Below are positions 13,760 to 24,564 of a DNA stretch of 64,000 bases, piece after piece (position 1 is the first letter of the stretch; every line of letters begins with the position of its first letter). The DNA is from a candidate division TA06 bacterium 32_111 (lineage in GTDB: Bacteria; Hydrothermota; 32-111). The translations under genes and the position numbers were made by a program. Location: positions 18,225 through 82,224 of the forward strand of contig LGFX01000005.1 of the NCBI GenBank assembly GCA_001508335.1. The letters are read 5' to 3'. The notes under the pieces were generated by a model that saw nothing but the letters and a program-made list of their open reading frames with translations, was not told the DNA's origin and made no database searches.

Positions 13760-13763
<4 letters not shown>

Positions 13764-15115
13764 TGGAGGAGAAAAGATATAAGATTCTTATAGTTGATGA
13801 TGTGAAAGATAGCATTGAACTTGTAAGTAGAAATTTAGAACAGGCTGGGTATATTACTTTCACCGCAACCTCACCTATAAAAGGTTCAGAGATACTCAAA
13901 AATAACGACATAGATCTTGTAATTACCGATTTAAGGATGCCTGATATAGATGGAATTGCATTCACAAGGTATATAAAAGAAAATTATAAAAATGTTGAAA
14001 TAATAATGATAACAGGTTATCCATCTATTGAAAGCGCTGTTGATGCTGTGAAAACAGGTGTTAGCGAATTTTTACCAAAGCCTTTCACAGATGATGAACT
14101 CTTTGCAACAGTTGAAAAGGTCCTTTTCAAATTGAAAGTAAAAAATGTTCTTAACAAAGAGGAGAAAAAGAGGAGTTCTGTTTTTCATGGAATAATTGGA
14201 AACAGTGACAAGATGAAAAAAATATTTGAACTTATAGATAAAGCATCACAGACAACTGCAACAGTTTTGATTACAGGAGAGAGTGGAACTGGAAAAGAGA
14301 TGGTTGCAAGAGCTATACATTACTCATCCTCAAGGGCAAGTCAGAGTTTTGTTCCAGTAAACTGTGGAGGGATTCCAGAAGAGTTACTTGAAAGTGAACT
14401 TTTCGGATACGTTAAAGGTTCTTTCACCGGAGCAAACGAGACGAGAGCGGGATTTTTCCAGACAGCTGATGGTGGAACAATATTTCTCGATGAGATAGGG
14501 GAGACGAGCCTTTCTATGCAGGTTAAACTTTTAAGGGTACTTCAGGATAAAACAGTTTATATGATAGGTTCAAGAAAACCTCAAAAAATAGATGTAAGGG
14601 TAATATGTGCTACAAACAAAAATCTTGAAGAACTTGTTAAGAAAGGTATTTTCAGAGAGGATCTATATTTCAGATTGAATGTGATAAATGTTGAACTTCC
14701 CCCTTTAAGGGAAAGGAGGGAGGATATCCCAATTCTCCTTGAGCATTTTGCAGCAAAGTACAGTAAAGAACTTGGAAAGGAAAAACCAAAATTTACTGAG
14801 AACGCTGTTAAAAGTTTGAGTGAATACTTTTGGCCAGGCAATGTTAGGGAACTTGAAAATATTGTTCAGAGGTTGATAATAATGAAAGAGGATAATGTTA
14901 TTGATGTTCCAGACCTCCCATCACTTATGAGATTCAACCTCCCTTATAAAACCGATCTTACAAGAAAACTTTCAGAAGTTGAATGTGATTATATAAAGGA
15001 TGTTTATGAGAGCCAAGGAAAAAATAAAAGTAAAACAAGTGAGATACTTGGAATCGATAGAAAAACTTTAAGGGAAAAGTTGAAAAGGTGTCAGATAGAA
15101 GTTGAAGAGGAGTAA
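13760..15115 (+). CDS. NtrC-family sigma54-dependent response regulator
   Basis: REC domain (IVDD, TDLRMP), Walker A GESGTGKE, GSFTGA loop, FLDEIG, WPGNVRELEN, C-terminal Fis-type HTH (LGIDRKTLREKL). Confidence 0.95.
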
Positions 15116-15144
15116 AATTCCCCCACTGAGTAAAAATTCCCCAC
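15110..15144 (+). promoter_or_regulatory. Tandem candidate enhancer (UAS) sites
   Basis: GAGTAAAATTCCCCCAC (15110-15126) and GAGTAAAAATTCCCCAC (15128-15144), 73-107 bp upstream of the sigma54 -24 box. Confidence 0.6.
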
Positions 15145-15151
15145 CCAGAAG

Positions 15152-15176
15152 AATTTAAAAAAATCTTTTTTAAATT
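15152..15176. repeat. AT-rich inverted repeat between the UAS and the sigma54 promoter
   Basis: AATTTAAAAAA-ATC-TTTTTTAAATT; could be a bend site or weak terminator. Confidence 0.35.
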
Positions 15177-15216
15177 TAACACCCCCTAAAATAGATAACT
15201 TAGCGGATTAAACTTT

Positions 15217-15232
15217 TGGCACGATTGTTGCT
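15217..15232 (+). promoter_or_regulatory. sigma54 (-24/-12) promoter
   Basis: TGGCACGATTGTTGCT matches TGGCACG-N4-TTGC; directly downstream of a bEBP gene and about 30 bp before ATG 15263. Confidence 0.9.
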
Positions 15233-15262
15233 TAATTATATGGAAAAGAAAAAGGAGGTCTT

Positions 15263-15574
15263 ATGATGACAGTAAAAGAAAGAATAGAAGAGAAAAAGGA
15301 AACAGGTTTAAAAAATTTTGAAGGGCTCTGCGTAACATGTAAGAACAACAAAACCTGCATTTTCCTTCAGAATGCAACAAAGCCGATAATAAGTTGTGAA
15401 GAGTTTGAAAATGTAGAAACTATTGAAACAACAAAAAAAGATTTGAAAGAGAATTTTGAAAAGAAAGAAAAAGTTTATGAACTCAAAGGACTTTGTGCAA
15501 ACTGTGAAAACAGATTTGATTGTAAATTTGAAAAACCTGAAAGTGGTGTTTGGCACTGTGAAGAGTACAGATAA
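15263..15574 (+). CDS. Small Cys-rich metal-binding protein with a duplicated CxxC-x5-C-x11/12-CEE motif
   Basis: GLCVTCKNNKTC...SCEEF and GLCANCENRFDC...HCEEY; SD AGGAGG. Confidence 0.75.
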   Translation: MMTVKERIEEKKETGLKNFEGLCVTCKNNKTCIFLQNATKPIISCEEFENVETIETTKKDLKENFEKKEKVYELKGLCANCENRFDCKFEKPESGVWHCEEYR

Positions 15575-15580
15575 TATTTT

Positions 15581-16810
15581 ATGGATATTTTAAATTATTC
15601 TTCTTATCAAAATGAAGGTGAACTTTTAAAAGTTAAGGAGTTTTCTGAGATTGCCAAAAAGAGTCTTCTTGATAAGGATATGCGCGCTATCCTTATCAAA
15701 CCTTCAAAAGTTATAAAAAACTCCGAAAACTTTTTATTTGAAGATAAAGTTGTTCAGTTAGGATCAATATTTGTAAAACACACTTTTCTTAACGAAACCG
15801 ATGTAACAACATTTCTTTTTGATGATGAAGAAAATTTTGAAGAATACTTTTTGAAATCTTTTTATTCCTCTCTGAAATACTCTTTTCTTGATATTCCCTT
15901 CGGTGGTTCAACTTTAGGTCTTATAGTTCCAAAGGATTTATCACTTTCAAACGAAAAGGTTAAAAGGAAATTGAGTTCATTACTTGTAAAAAATTTTTCA
16001 GATATTTTGAATGAGCAGAACTATTTGAAAATTAAAGAGGATGATCGTGAAAAAAAAGATTTCATAATAAAGTTGATCGAAAATATTGATAAACCAAGAA
16101 TTTCAAAAAAATTCAAATTTCTTCTTAAAAACCCTTTAAGAAAAAAGATAATCAAAGAAAAGTATGAGGCGTTATGGTTGAAAAGTTTTGTTAAATATTT
16201 TTATAAAAAAGATAGGGTAAGGGTTATTATAGATTCAATAAATCTTAGGTCTTTTAATTTTTTGAAAGAAATTTTAAATGATGGATATTTTGTAGTTATT
16301 GGTTTTGGAGAAAAGAACTACTCTTACTATTCACCAAAGGGAATTGATTGTAAAGATATAGCATTCATTGAAAATAGGGAAACAAACGAAAAATGTATAG
16401 ATTATGTTGACCTTTTGAAAAAAGAGACCGATCTATTTTTAGAATTTGGGGGAGAAAACAATTTTAACGAAACTATGGCTAAAATTGTAAAGTGTGGAAT
16501 ATATTGTGAATTTGAGGACCTTTCAACATCCTTTCAAAGTGTAAAATTTTTGAAAAACCGAAATATAATATATTTACCTTCTCTTCTTCTTGATTGTGTT
16601 GACGAGATATTTGATTATTTTGAAGTTATTGAAAGAAAGAGAGAAGAGGTGATGAGTGTTGATGAAATCGAACTAAGGATGGAAACATATGTAAATTTTG
16701 TTATTTCCTATTTTGATTCTTTTCTTGAAAACCAGTGGAAAGTTTTTGAATCTGTACTTTTGAGAAGTTTTGAAAATTACAGAAAAAAATTTTCACTTGT
16801 TTATGGGTGA
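15581..16810 (+). CDS. Degenerate Glu/Leu/Phe/Val-dehydrogenase-fold protein (probable pseudoenzyme) 1
   Basis: LKYSFLDIPFGGSTLGL corresponds to K..DIPFGGAKGG; ETDLFLEFGGENNF...CEFEDLSTS...YLPSLL...DYFE corresponds to the GDH C-domain. Catalytic Lys and GxGxxG are lost; ORF is intact. Confidence 0.7.
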   Translation: MDILNYSSYQNEGELLKVKEFSEIAKKSLLDKDMRAILIKPSKVIKNSENFLFEDKVVQLGSIFVKHTFLNETDVTTFLFDDEENFEEYFLKSFYSSLKYSFLDIPFGGSTLGLIVPKDLSLSNEKVKRKLSSLLVKNFSDILNEQNYLKIKEDDREKKDFIIKLIENIDKPRISKKFKFLLKNPLRKKIIKEKYEALWLKSFVKYFYKKDRVRVIIDSINLRSFNFLKEILNDGYFVVIGFGEKNYSYYSPKGIDCKDIAFIENRETNEKCIDYVDLLKKETDLFLEFGGENNFNETMAKIVKCGIYCEFEDLSTSFQSVKFLKNRNIIYLPSLLLDCVDEIFDYFEVIERKREEVMSVDEIELRMETYVNFVISYFDSFLENQWKVFESVLLRSFENYRKKFSLVYG

Positions 16811-16813
16811 TAT

Positions 16814-18022
16814 ATGGTTGATGAAAAAGTTATTTACAAAAAAAATGGAAGTTTTGGAAAAATAGATTTTTTCCTTGAAAATTTTAATGATAAGGAAAAG
16901 GAAACTATTTTGAACATTTATAACTTTAAGGAGATTTTTGTTAACATACCTTTGAAAAGTTCAGATGGTGAGATAAAGAACGTAACTGGGGTTAAGGTTG
17001 ACAATTTCTTATCATACAACAACACTTTTTCAAACCTAAGGATACACCCTTACTTTGATATTAACTATTTTAGAGATTTCGCTATACTAAACACTATAAC
17101 ATTTTCCCTTTTCGGTATACCTGTAAATGGAAGTTTTTCATCTATTCTTATAGATCCTTTCGAAATTTCTACTGAAGAGAAAGAAGAAGTTTTTAAGATG
17201 TTCTCTTCACTTTTAAAAAATGAAATTTTAGAGAAAGAGATATTTTTCTCTTCAGACGTAAATTCGAATTATAACGATATAAAAATATTTACAGATTCAT
17301 TCCATTTTGATGATTTGGAAAGAAAAAAGGTTATAAGTTTTCTTGATTATTACAACGATTTAAAAAAAGATATAGATATAGATAAATTGAATGAGTTTTC
17401 AGTTTTTTATTCTATACTCAAATACTGTGAATTGAAGAAAAAAAGTTTTGATGAACTTTCAGTTGTAATATATGGATTTGGAGAGAAACCTTATTTCCTT
17501 TCGAAGATTTTAAAAAAGGAAGGTTTTAACATTGTTGGAATATTGACTCACCTTGGTTCGTTTTATGACCCTTACGGTATTCAGATAGATGAGTTTTATA
17601 AAAATTATCTTTCGAACTTTTCAAGCAAAGAAGAAGCAAGGTATAAAAAAATAGATCTTTACACTTTTGAGAATGTGAGATCTGACATTTCAATTTTTTA
17701 TGTAGATATTTTCAAAAAGGATTTTTTGAAAAACCTCAACACCTCTTTGATAGTTGAAGGAAGAAAGATGCTTTTGGGAGAGATGGAGATTGAAACAATT
17801 GAAGAAAAAGGGATTGAACTTTTGCCATCGGAGTTGACTTGTTCAGGGGAGATACTACTTTACGACGAGTTAAGAAAAAACAGGATTCCAAAAAAGATTG
17901 CAACTATGATACAGAAGGAAATTTATGAAAAGATGGACGAAATATTTGAAACTGATGGGGAAGATTTAAGAACAAAAATTTTAAAAATCTCATTTAAAAA
18001 TATACTTGAAAATCTCTCATAA
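16814..18022 (+). CDS. Degenerate Glu/Leu/Phe/Val-dehydrogenase-fold protein (probable pseudoenzyme) 2
   Basis: EIFVNIPLKSSDGEIKNVTGVKV, LRIHP, GIPVNGSFSSILIDP...EKE, SSDVNS, VVIYGFGEK, YDPYGI, LIVEG, LLPSELTCSG all align to the GDH pattern; GPxKGG and GGxKGG are absent. Confidence 0.75.
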   Translation: MVDEKVIYKKNGSFGKIDFFLENFNDKEKETILNIYNFKEIFVNIPLKSSDGEIKNVTGVKVDNFLSYNNTFSNLRIHPYFDINYFRDFAILNTITFSLFGIPVNGSFSSILIDPFEISTEEKEEVFKMFSSLLKNEILEKEIFFSSDVNSNYNDIKIFTDSFHFDDLERKKVISFLDYYNDLKKDIDIDKLNEFSVFYSILKYCELKKKSFDELSVVIYGFGEKPYFLSKILKKEGFNIVGILTHLGSFYDPYGIQIDEFYKNYLSNFSSKEEARYKKIDLYTFENVRSDISIFYVDIFKKDFLKNLNTSLIVEGRKMLLGEMEIETIEEKGIELLPSELTCSGEILLYDELRKNRIPKKIATMIQKEIYEKMDEIFETDGEDLRTKILKISFKNILENLS

Positions 18023-18039
18023 ACGCTCATATACCTCAA

Positions 18040-18068
18040 AAAAGGAGAGAGTTAAACTCTCTCCTTTT
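18040..18068. terminator. Bidirectional intrinsic terminator
   Basis: AAAAGGAGAGAGTT-A-AACTCTCTCCTTTT between convergent genes. Confidence 0.8.
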
Positions 18069-18093
18069 CATAAGACAAAGAAAATTTTAACTA

Positions 18094-19500
<1,407 letters not shown>

Positions 19501-19530
19501 TAATTTAATTTAAATGGTTTGATATAGCTC

Positions 19531-19558
19531 TTGACTTTTAAACTTAAAGGTGTAAAAT
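19531..19558 (+). promoter_or_regulatory. sigma70-type promoter of the right gdhA
   Basis: TTGACT-16-TAAAAT; SD AGGAGG before ATG 19598. Confidence 0.6.
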
Positions 19559-19597
19559 ACGGCTGTTTTATAATAAAAATACATTCAGGAGGATTAA

Positions 19598-20938
19598 ATG
19601 AATAGTTATGTATCGCAAGTAATAGAAGAAGTAAAGCAGAGATACTTCTGGGAAAAAGAGTTCATACAGGCTGTTACAGAAGTTTTAGAATCTTTATCAC
19701 TCGTAATTGATAAAGAGCCAAAATACAAAAAATACAGAATACTTGAAAGAATAGTTGAACCTGAAAGAATAATATTCTTCAGAGTTCCATGGACAGATGA
19801 CAAGGGTGAGATACACATCAACAGAGGTTACAGAATAGAGTTCAACTCAGCACTTGGTCCATACAAGGGTGGAATAAGATTCCATTCTTCAGTAACATTG
19901 TCTATCTTAAAGTTCTTGGCTTTTGAGCAGATTTTTAAAAACTCTCTAACAGGTCTTCCAATGGGTGGTGGAAAAGGTGGAAGTGACTTTGATCTTAAAG
20001 GAAAATCTGAAGGTGAAGTTATGAGATTCTGCCAGTCATTCATGACAGAACTTTTCAGACACATCGGCCCTGATACGGATGTGCCAGCAGGAGACATTGG
20101 AGTTGGTGCAAGAGAGATAGGCTACATGTTTGGACAGTACAAAAGATTGAAAAACGAGTTCACAGGAGTTCTTACTGGGAAAGGGCTAAACTGGGGTGGT
20201 TCTTTGATACGACCTGAAGCAACTGGTTTTGGTGTTGTTTATTTTGCGGAAGAGATGTTGAAAACAAGAAAAGAATCACTTGAAGGGAAAAGGGTCGCTA
20301 TAAGTGGTTTTGGTAATGTCGCTTGGGGTGCTACGATTAAAGCTAACGAACTCGGTGCGAAGGTTGTTACATTATCAGGCCCTGATGGATACATCTACGA
20401 TGAGGATGGAGTAAAGGGTGAAAAGATAGATTATATGCTTGAAATGAGAGCAAGTGGAAGAGATTGTGTTAAAGATTACGCTGATAAGTTCAAAGTCAAA
20501 TTCGTTGCTAACAGGAGACCATGGGAAGTTAAAGTTGATGTCGCTTTACCATGTGCAACACAGAATGAGATAGATGAAAACGATGCAAAAAATTTGATAA
20601 AGAATGGATGCAAGTATGTAGTTGAGGGATCAAACATGTCATCAACACCGCAAGCTATTGAGGCATTCCTTAGCAACAATATACTTTATGCTCCAGGAAA
20701 AGCATCAAATGCAGGCGGGGTTGCTACAAGTGGACTTGAGATGTCTCAAAATTCTATGAGATTACAATGGCCAAGAGAAGAAGTTGACAAGAGGTTGAGA
20801 GAAATAATGGTTAAAATACATCAGTCATGTGTTGATGCTGCAAAAGATTATGGAACACCAGGCAACTATGTCAACGGTGCGAATATAGCAGGATTCAAGA
20901 AAGTTGCCGATGCTATGATAGATCAGGGACTTGTTTAA
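19598..20938 (+). CDS. gdhA: Glutamate dehydrogenase, NAD-type signature
   Basis: Same catalytic motifs, but GFGNVAWG and LSGPDG as in the NAD-specific Clostridium symbiosum GDH. Confidence 0.95.
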   Translation: MNSYVSQVIEEVKQRYFWEKEFIQAVTEVLESLSLVIDKEPKYKKYRILERIVEPERIIFFRVPWTDDKGEIHINRGYRIEFNSALGPYKGGIRFHSSVTLSILKFLAFEQIFKNSLTGLPMGGGKGGSDFDLKGKSEGEVMRFCQSFMTELFRHIGPDTDVPAGDIGVGAREIGYMFGQYKRLKNEFTGVLTGKGLNWGGSLIRPEATGFGVVYFAEEMLKTRKESLEGKRVAISGFGNVAWGATIKANELGAKVVTLSGPDGYIYDEDGVKGEKIDYMLEMRASGRDCVKDYADKFKVKFVANRRPWEVKVDVALPCATQNEIDENDAKNLIKNGCKYVVEGSNMSSTPQAIEAFLSNNILYAPGKASNAGGVATSGLEMSQNSMRLQWPREEVDKRLREIMVKIHQSCVDAAKDYGTPGNYVNGANIAGFKKVADAMIDQGLV

Positions 20939-20960
20939 TTTTTACAAATAAAAATATAAC

Positions 20961-20990
20961 AAAAAGGGTGGTTTTCAAACCACCCTTTTT
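20961..20990 (+). terminator. Intrinsic terminator
   Basis: AAAAAGGGTGGTTT-TC-AAACCACCCTTTTT followed by T. Confidence 0.85.
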
Positions 20991-21075
20991 TATTTCCCCC
21001 TTGACAAAAAGGTTTTGAAAATTAAATTATTGTTGACCAAAAAAAAAGAAATAAAATTAAAAGGAGGTGAGAATT

Positions 21076-21525
21076 ATGAAAAAGGAAATTCAAAAATTTT
21101 CACCATTCTCAGAACTTTTCGATTTAAGGAAAGAGATAGATGCATTGTTTGATGACAGATTCTTTGGTAAGATGTTACAGCCATACTATGAATCAAACTG
21201 GACTCCTTCTATGGATATATCAGAAACCGATAAAGAGTTTTTTGTTACCGTTGAACTACCTGGTTTGAAAAAAGAGGATATAACCCTCTCTATTGACAAC
21301 AATGTTTTAACCATAGAGGGTGAGAGAAAGAGTGAGAAAGAAGAGAAGGGAAAAACCTTCCATAGGATTGAAAGATCTTATGGAAAATTCTATAGGTCTG
21401 TAACATTACCTAAGAAAGTTGACGAGGATAATATAAAAGCATCATTCAAAGATGGTCTTTTAAATATAACTATTCCAAAAGTCGAAAAAGAAAAAGTGAA
21501 AAATATCGAGATATCAGATAAGTAA
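21076..21525 (+). CDS. Hsp20/alpha-crystallin small heat-shock protein
   Basis: P.MDISET, ELPGL, LTIEGER, ERSYGKFYRSVTLP, ASFKDGLLNITIPK; promoter TTGACA-16-TAAATT at 21001-21028. Confidence 0.95.
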   Translation: MKKEIQKFSPFSELFDLRKEIDALFDDRFFGKMLQPYYESNWTPSMDISETDKEFFVTVELPGLKKEDITLSIDNNVLTIEGERKSEKEEKGKTFHRIERSYGKFYRSVTLPKKVDEDNIKASFKDGLLNITIPKVEKEKVKNIEISDK

Positions 21526-21549
21526 GTGAGGTAACCCTCACTTACTTAT
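21518..21549. terminator. 14-bp inverted repeat spanning both convergent stop codons
   Basis: ATAAGTAAGTGAGG-TAAC-CCTCACTTACTTAT; no U-tract. Confidence 0.6.
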
Positions 21550-22514
21550 ATCTCGTAATCTATCCTTTTTAAATCTTTAAAGTTCTCTAAAAACCACTTA
21601 TATGTTTTTTCTATTCCCTCTTCAAATGAAACCTTTGGAGTATAACCTATAAGTTTTTTTGCAAAACTGTTATCCCCAATAAGTTTATCAACCTCACAAG
21701 ATTTTTTTCTTACCCTTTCCTTTTGAACAATTGGTTCAAGTTTTTTATTTGAAATATTCTCAACGGTTTTAATTATCTCTTTTATCGAATAAGATTTTTT
21801 AGAACAGATGTTGAAAATCTTGCCAAAAGTTTTTTCATTGTATATCACTTTTATGAAGGCATCTACAAGATCATCTATATAAGTGTAATCCCTCTCTGTG
21901 TGTAAGTTTCCAATATAAATTTTATTTGATTTTATAGATTGCAAAATTATCTGTGGTATAACAGATCTTAAAGATTGTCTTGGCCCAAAGGTGTTGAAAG
22001 GTCTAACTATTGTAACAGGTAAAGAGAATACTCTACTGTATGAAAGAGCAATCTGATCCTGAGCTATCTTTGTTGCTGCATAAGGGGAGTATGCATTTAG
22101 AGGATGTTTCTCATCCATAGGGATATACTGTGCACTTCCATAGACTTCTGATGTTGACATTATGATAGTATGTTTTATTTTCCTTTCTTTTGCTACATCG
22201 AGAATATTTTTTACACCCTTTATATTTGTTTCAATATAGGAATCAATTGCCTTGAAAGAATAAGGGATTGTTATAAGTGCTGCGAGATTTATTATACAAT
22301 CAACATCTTTTGTCATAGAGTATATAAGTTGGTAATCTCTTATATCCCCCTTTTCTATCTCAATATTTTTGTGGTTTTTCAGGTATTTCAGATTACCAAT
22401 ATCCCCAGAAGAGTTGTAATAAACGAGAGCTTTGACTTTGTAATATTTTGATAACCTCTCTACAATGTGACTGCCTATGAAACCACAACTACCTGTTACA
22501 AAGATTTTTTTCAT
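21546..22514 (-). CDS. NDP-sugar 4,6-dehydratase/epimerase (LegB-like SDR)
   Basis: GSCGFIG, LAALITIPYS, STSEVYG, YAATK, RPFNTFGPRQS. Confidence 0.85.
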   Translation of the reverse strand: MKKIFVTGSCGFIGSHIVERLSKYYKVKALVYYNSSGDIGNLKYLKNHKNIEIEKGDIRDYQLIYSMTKDVDCIINLAALITIPYSFKAIDSYIETNIKGVKNILDVAKERKIKHTIIMSTSEVYGSAQYIPMDEKHPLNAYSPYAATKIAQDQIALSYSRVFSLPVTIVRPFNTFGPRQSLRSVIPQIILQSIKSNKIYIGNLHTERDYTYIDDLVDAFIKVIYNEKTFGKIFNICSKKSYSIKEIIKTVENISNKKLEPIVQKERVRKKSCEVDKLIGDNSFAKKLIGYTPKVSFEEGIEKTYKWFLENFKDLKRIDYEI

Positions 22515-23546
22515 CTATCCTCCATAAACTCTACTTATCCTTTCGTAAGATTCTTTGTTACCAACATCATACCAGAAACCATCATGAACATAGTATCCAA
22601 CCTTTCTTCCCTCTTTAATTTTTTTGTTCAAGAGTTCGTCCATATCTTTAGATTCTTCTTTTAAATTTTTCAAAACATCCCTCTGGAAAAGATTTATCCC
22701 TGAGAGTATGAAGAATTCGAGAGTTGGTTTTTCGAAAATATCAAGTAAACTTTTTTTATCAACTGAAACAACTCCATAATCGATTTCAACTTTTTGAGGG
22801 ATTAAAACCGAAGTGATTTCATTTTTATTTTTTTTATGAAATTTTATCAGTGTAGAAAAATCTATATCGTTAATTATATCTGCGTTATGAACAATGATAG
22901 TCTCCTCTTCAATTTTTCTAAGGTAGAATAAAGCTCCAGCAGTTCCAAGAGGTCTCTTTTCCTTAATGAATGATGTATTGTCAAAAATGTCTGGATATTT
23001 TGATATCAATTTTTTCTCAATCATCTCCTTTTTATAGTTAAGAGAAACATAGATGTTCTTAAAACCTTCAAGTATAAAAGTATCTATAATCCTTTCTATT
23101 AGACTGGTATTTCCTATCTCAAGTAAAGGTTTAGGTTTTATTTCTGTGAAAGGTAGCAGTCTTTTCCCTTTCCCACCAGCCATAATAAGAACAGCTATTT
23201 TTGAAAAATCCTCTTTCTTTTTTTCGTACTGATAAATTTTCATTATTCTTCCTTTACTGTCTAACAGAGGGATATATTTGATTTTATACCTCTCCATGAG
23301 TTTTTTTGCTTCATGCTCAGAATCTTTACGAAGAAAAATAAAATCTTTTTTAGCTATGTTGTAAGCACTGTCCTTAAGTGTAATCCCTTTTATTAAAGAT
23401 CTTCTTATATCGCCATCAGTCAAAGAACCTTTTACTTTAAAATTTCTATCAACAAGAAAAAGTACCTTCCCCCCGATCTCATTCAGTTTTTTCAAGCATT
23501 CAAGTATTGAGGAGTTTTCATCTATCATAAACTGTTTAACATTCAT
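22515..23546 (-). CDS. CBS-domain sugar-phosphate nucleotidyltransferase (PtmE-like)
   Basis: N-terminal CBS pair (LTDGDIRR), MAGGKGKRLLP...PKPLL, PLGTAGAL, W.DVG; ATG 23546. Confidence 0.85.
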   Translation of the reverse strand: MNVKQFMIDENSSILECLKKLNEIGGKVLFLVDRNFKVKGSLTDGDIRRSLIKGITLKDSAYNIAKKDFIFLRKDSEHEAKKLMERYKIKYIPLLDSKGRIMKIYQYEKKKEDFSKIAVLIMAGGKGKRLLPFTEIKPKPLLEIGNTSLIERIIDTFILEGFKNIYVSLNYKKEMIEKKLISKYPDIFDNTSFIKEKRPLGTAGALFYLRKIEEETIIVHNADIINDIDFSTLIKFHKKNKNEITSVLIPQKVEIDYGVVSVDKKSLLDIFEKPTLEFFILSGINLFQRDVLKNLKEESKDMDELLNKKIKEGRKVGYYVHDGFWYDVGNKESYERISRVYGG

Positions 23547-24564
23547 CCTTATCTCCAGAAACTTTTTTAATTTTATCAACAGAATTTAAAAGGTCTTTTT
23601 TTGAATAGTCTTCATCTATCGGAATGTTTAAAATATTTTCAGAGATTTCATTTTTACATCTCCATAAAATTGGAATAAAAATTTTGTACTTCTGAAGTTC
23701 TTTTTTTATGAGATCTCTTTTTTCAATTTTTATTGGGAAAGATTGTGGCACAACCTCTTTTGGTAAACTTTTGAATATGGCTTTTTTAAGAATATAGGAG
23801 TTAGAAAGTAAGATATTGAAATTCTTTCTCCTTTTTATTCCAACTTTTTCAAAATCGTAAATTTTTAGTAAATTTAGAGAAAACTTTGAAATACTTTTAG
23901 GGAGGTAACCTATACCTTCCTCTCCTTTCAAAGAGTAGTTAAGGTACATTTTTTCAAAATGTTCACTTTTATACTTATACCTTTCATAAATTTCTCTATA
24001 AAGTTTTGCTAAAAGTTTGTCGATGTAGAAATCTTCTTTAGAATTGTTTTTTAAAATCTCAAAATTTTTAAGGTTTGTGAAAAGTATTCCACCATCAACA
24101 ACTGGAAACAATTTTCTTAAACTTCCTAAAACTATATCTGAAGATGAGAAATCAAAATTGGATAGTAAGGAATGTGTAACATCCCTTACAGACAAAAATC
24201 CAGATTCTTTTGAAAATTCTATCAGATTCTCATCCTGAAAGCCGAAATAGTCGACAATATACAACGCTGTTTTTTCTTTCTTTACTTTTTTTAAAAATTT
24301 TATGTCCGCTGTGAAGTCAGGTAAAATTCTATAAAATTCTATTTTTACATTTTCATCTTTTAAAGGTTTGAACATTTCGGCGCAGTAATAATCAGGGAAA
24401 AATATAGAATACCTGTTTTTCTTTAAGAAATAAGCCAAATTCTTTATGGCACCCCTTCCAGAAGAGTAAAAATATTTTCTACTGAATTTGAAGTTTTTAA
24501 AAGGTTTTTGGAACTCTTCTTTGAAGTAATCGTTTATTAACCTTTCACTTCCCAATATTCTCAT
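23536..24564 (-). CDS. DegT/DnrJ-like PLP-dependent aminotransferase family protein
   Basis: SSGRGAI, PDYYC, VDYFGF, DVTHS, GSLRK...DGG (Schiff-base Lys), RRKNF. Confidence 0.65.
   Translation of the reverse strand: MRILGSERLINDYFKEEFQKPFKNFKFSRKYFYSSGRGAIKNLAYFLKKNRYSIFFPDYYCAEMFKPLKDENVKIEFYRILPDFTADIKFLKKVKKEKTALYIVDYFGFQDENLIEFSKESGFLSVRDVTHSLLSNFDFSSSDIVLGSLRKLFPVVDGGILFTNLKNFEILKNNSKEDFYIDKLLAKLYREIYERYKYKSEHFEKMYLNYSLKGEEGIGYLPKSISKFSLNLLKIYDFEKVGIKRRKNFNILLSNSYILKKAIFKSLPKEVVPQSFPIKIEKRDLIKKELQKYKIFIPILWRCKNEISENILNIPIDEDYSKKDLLNSVDKIKKVSGDKDEC

Noticed and set aside
17923-18030. 35-codon minus-strand ORF (MSVYERFSS...) with a GAGGT SD
   Set aside because: Antisense to pseudo-GDH2 and downstream of a terminator; better explained by the repeated gdhA-start-like sequence reported as a finding.
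21039-21047. Poly-A/T runs as phase-variation sites
   Set aside because: A/T runs are ubiquitous in this AT-rich DNA and do not coincide with frame breaks.
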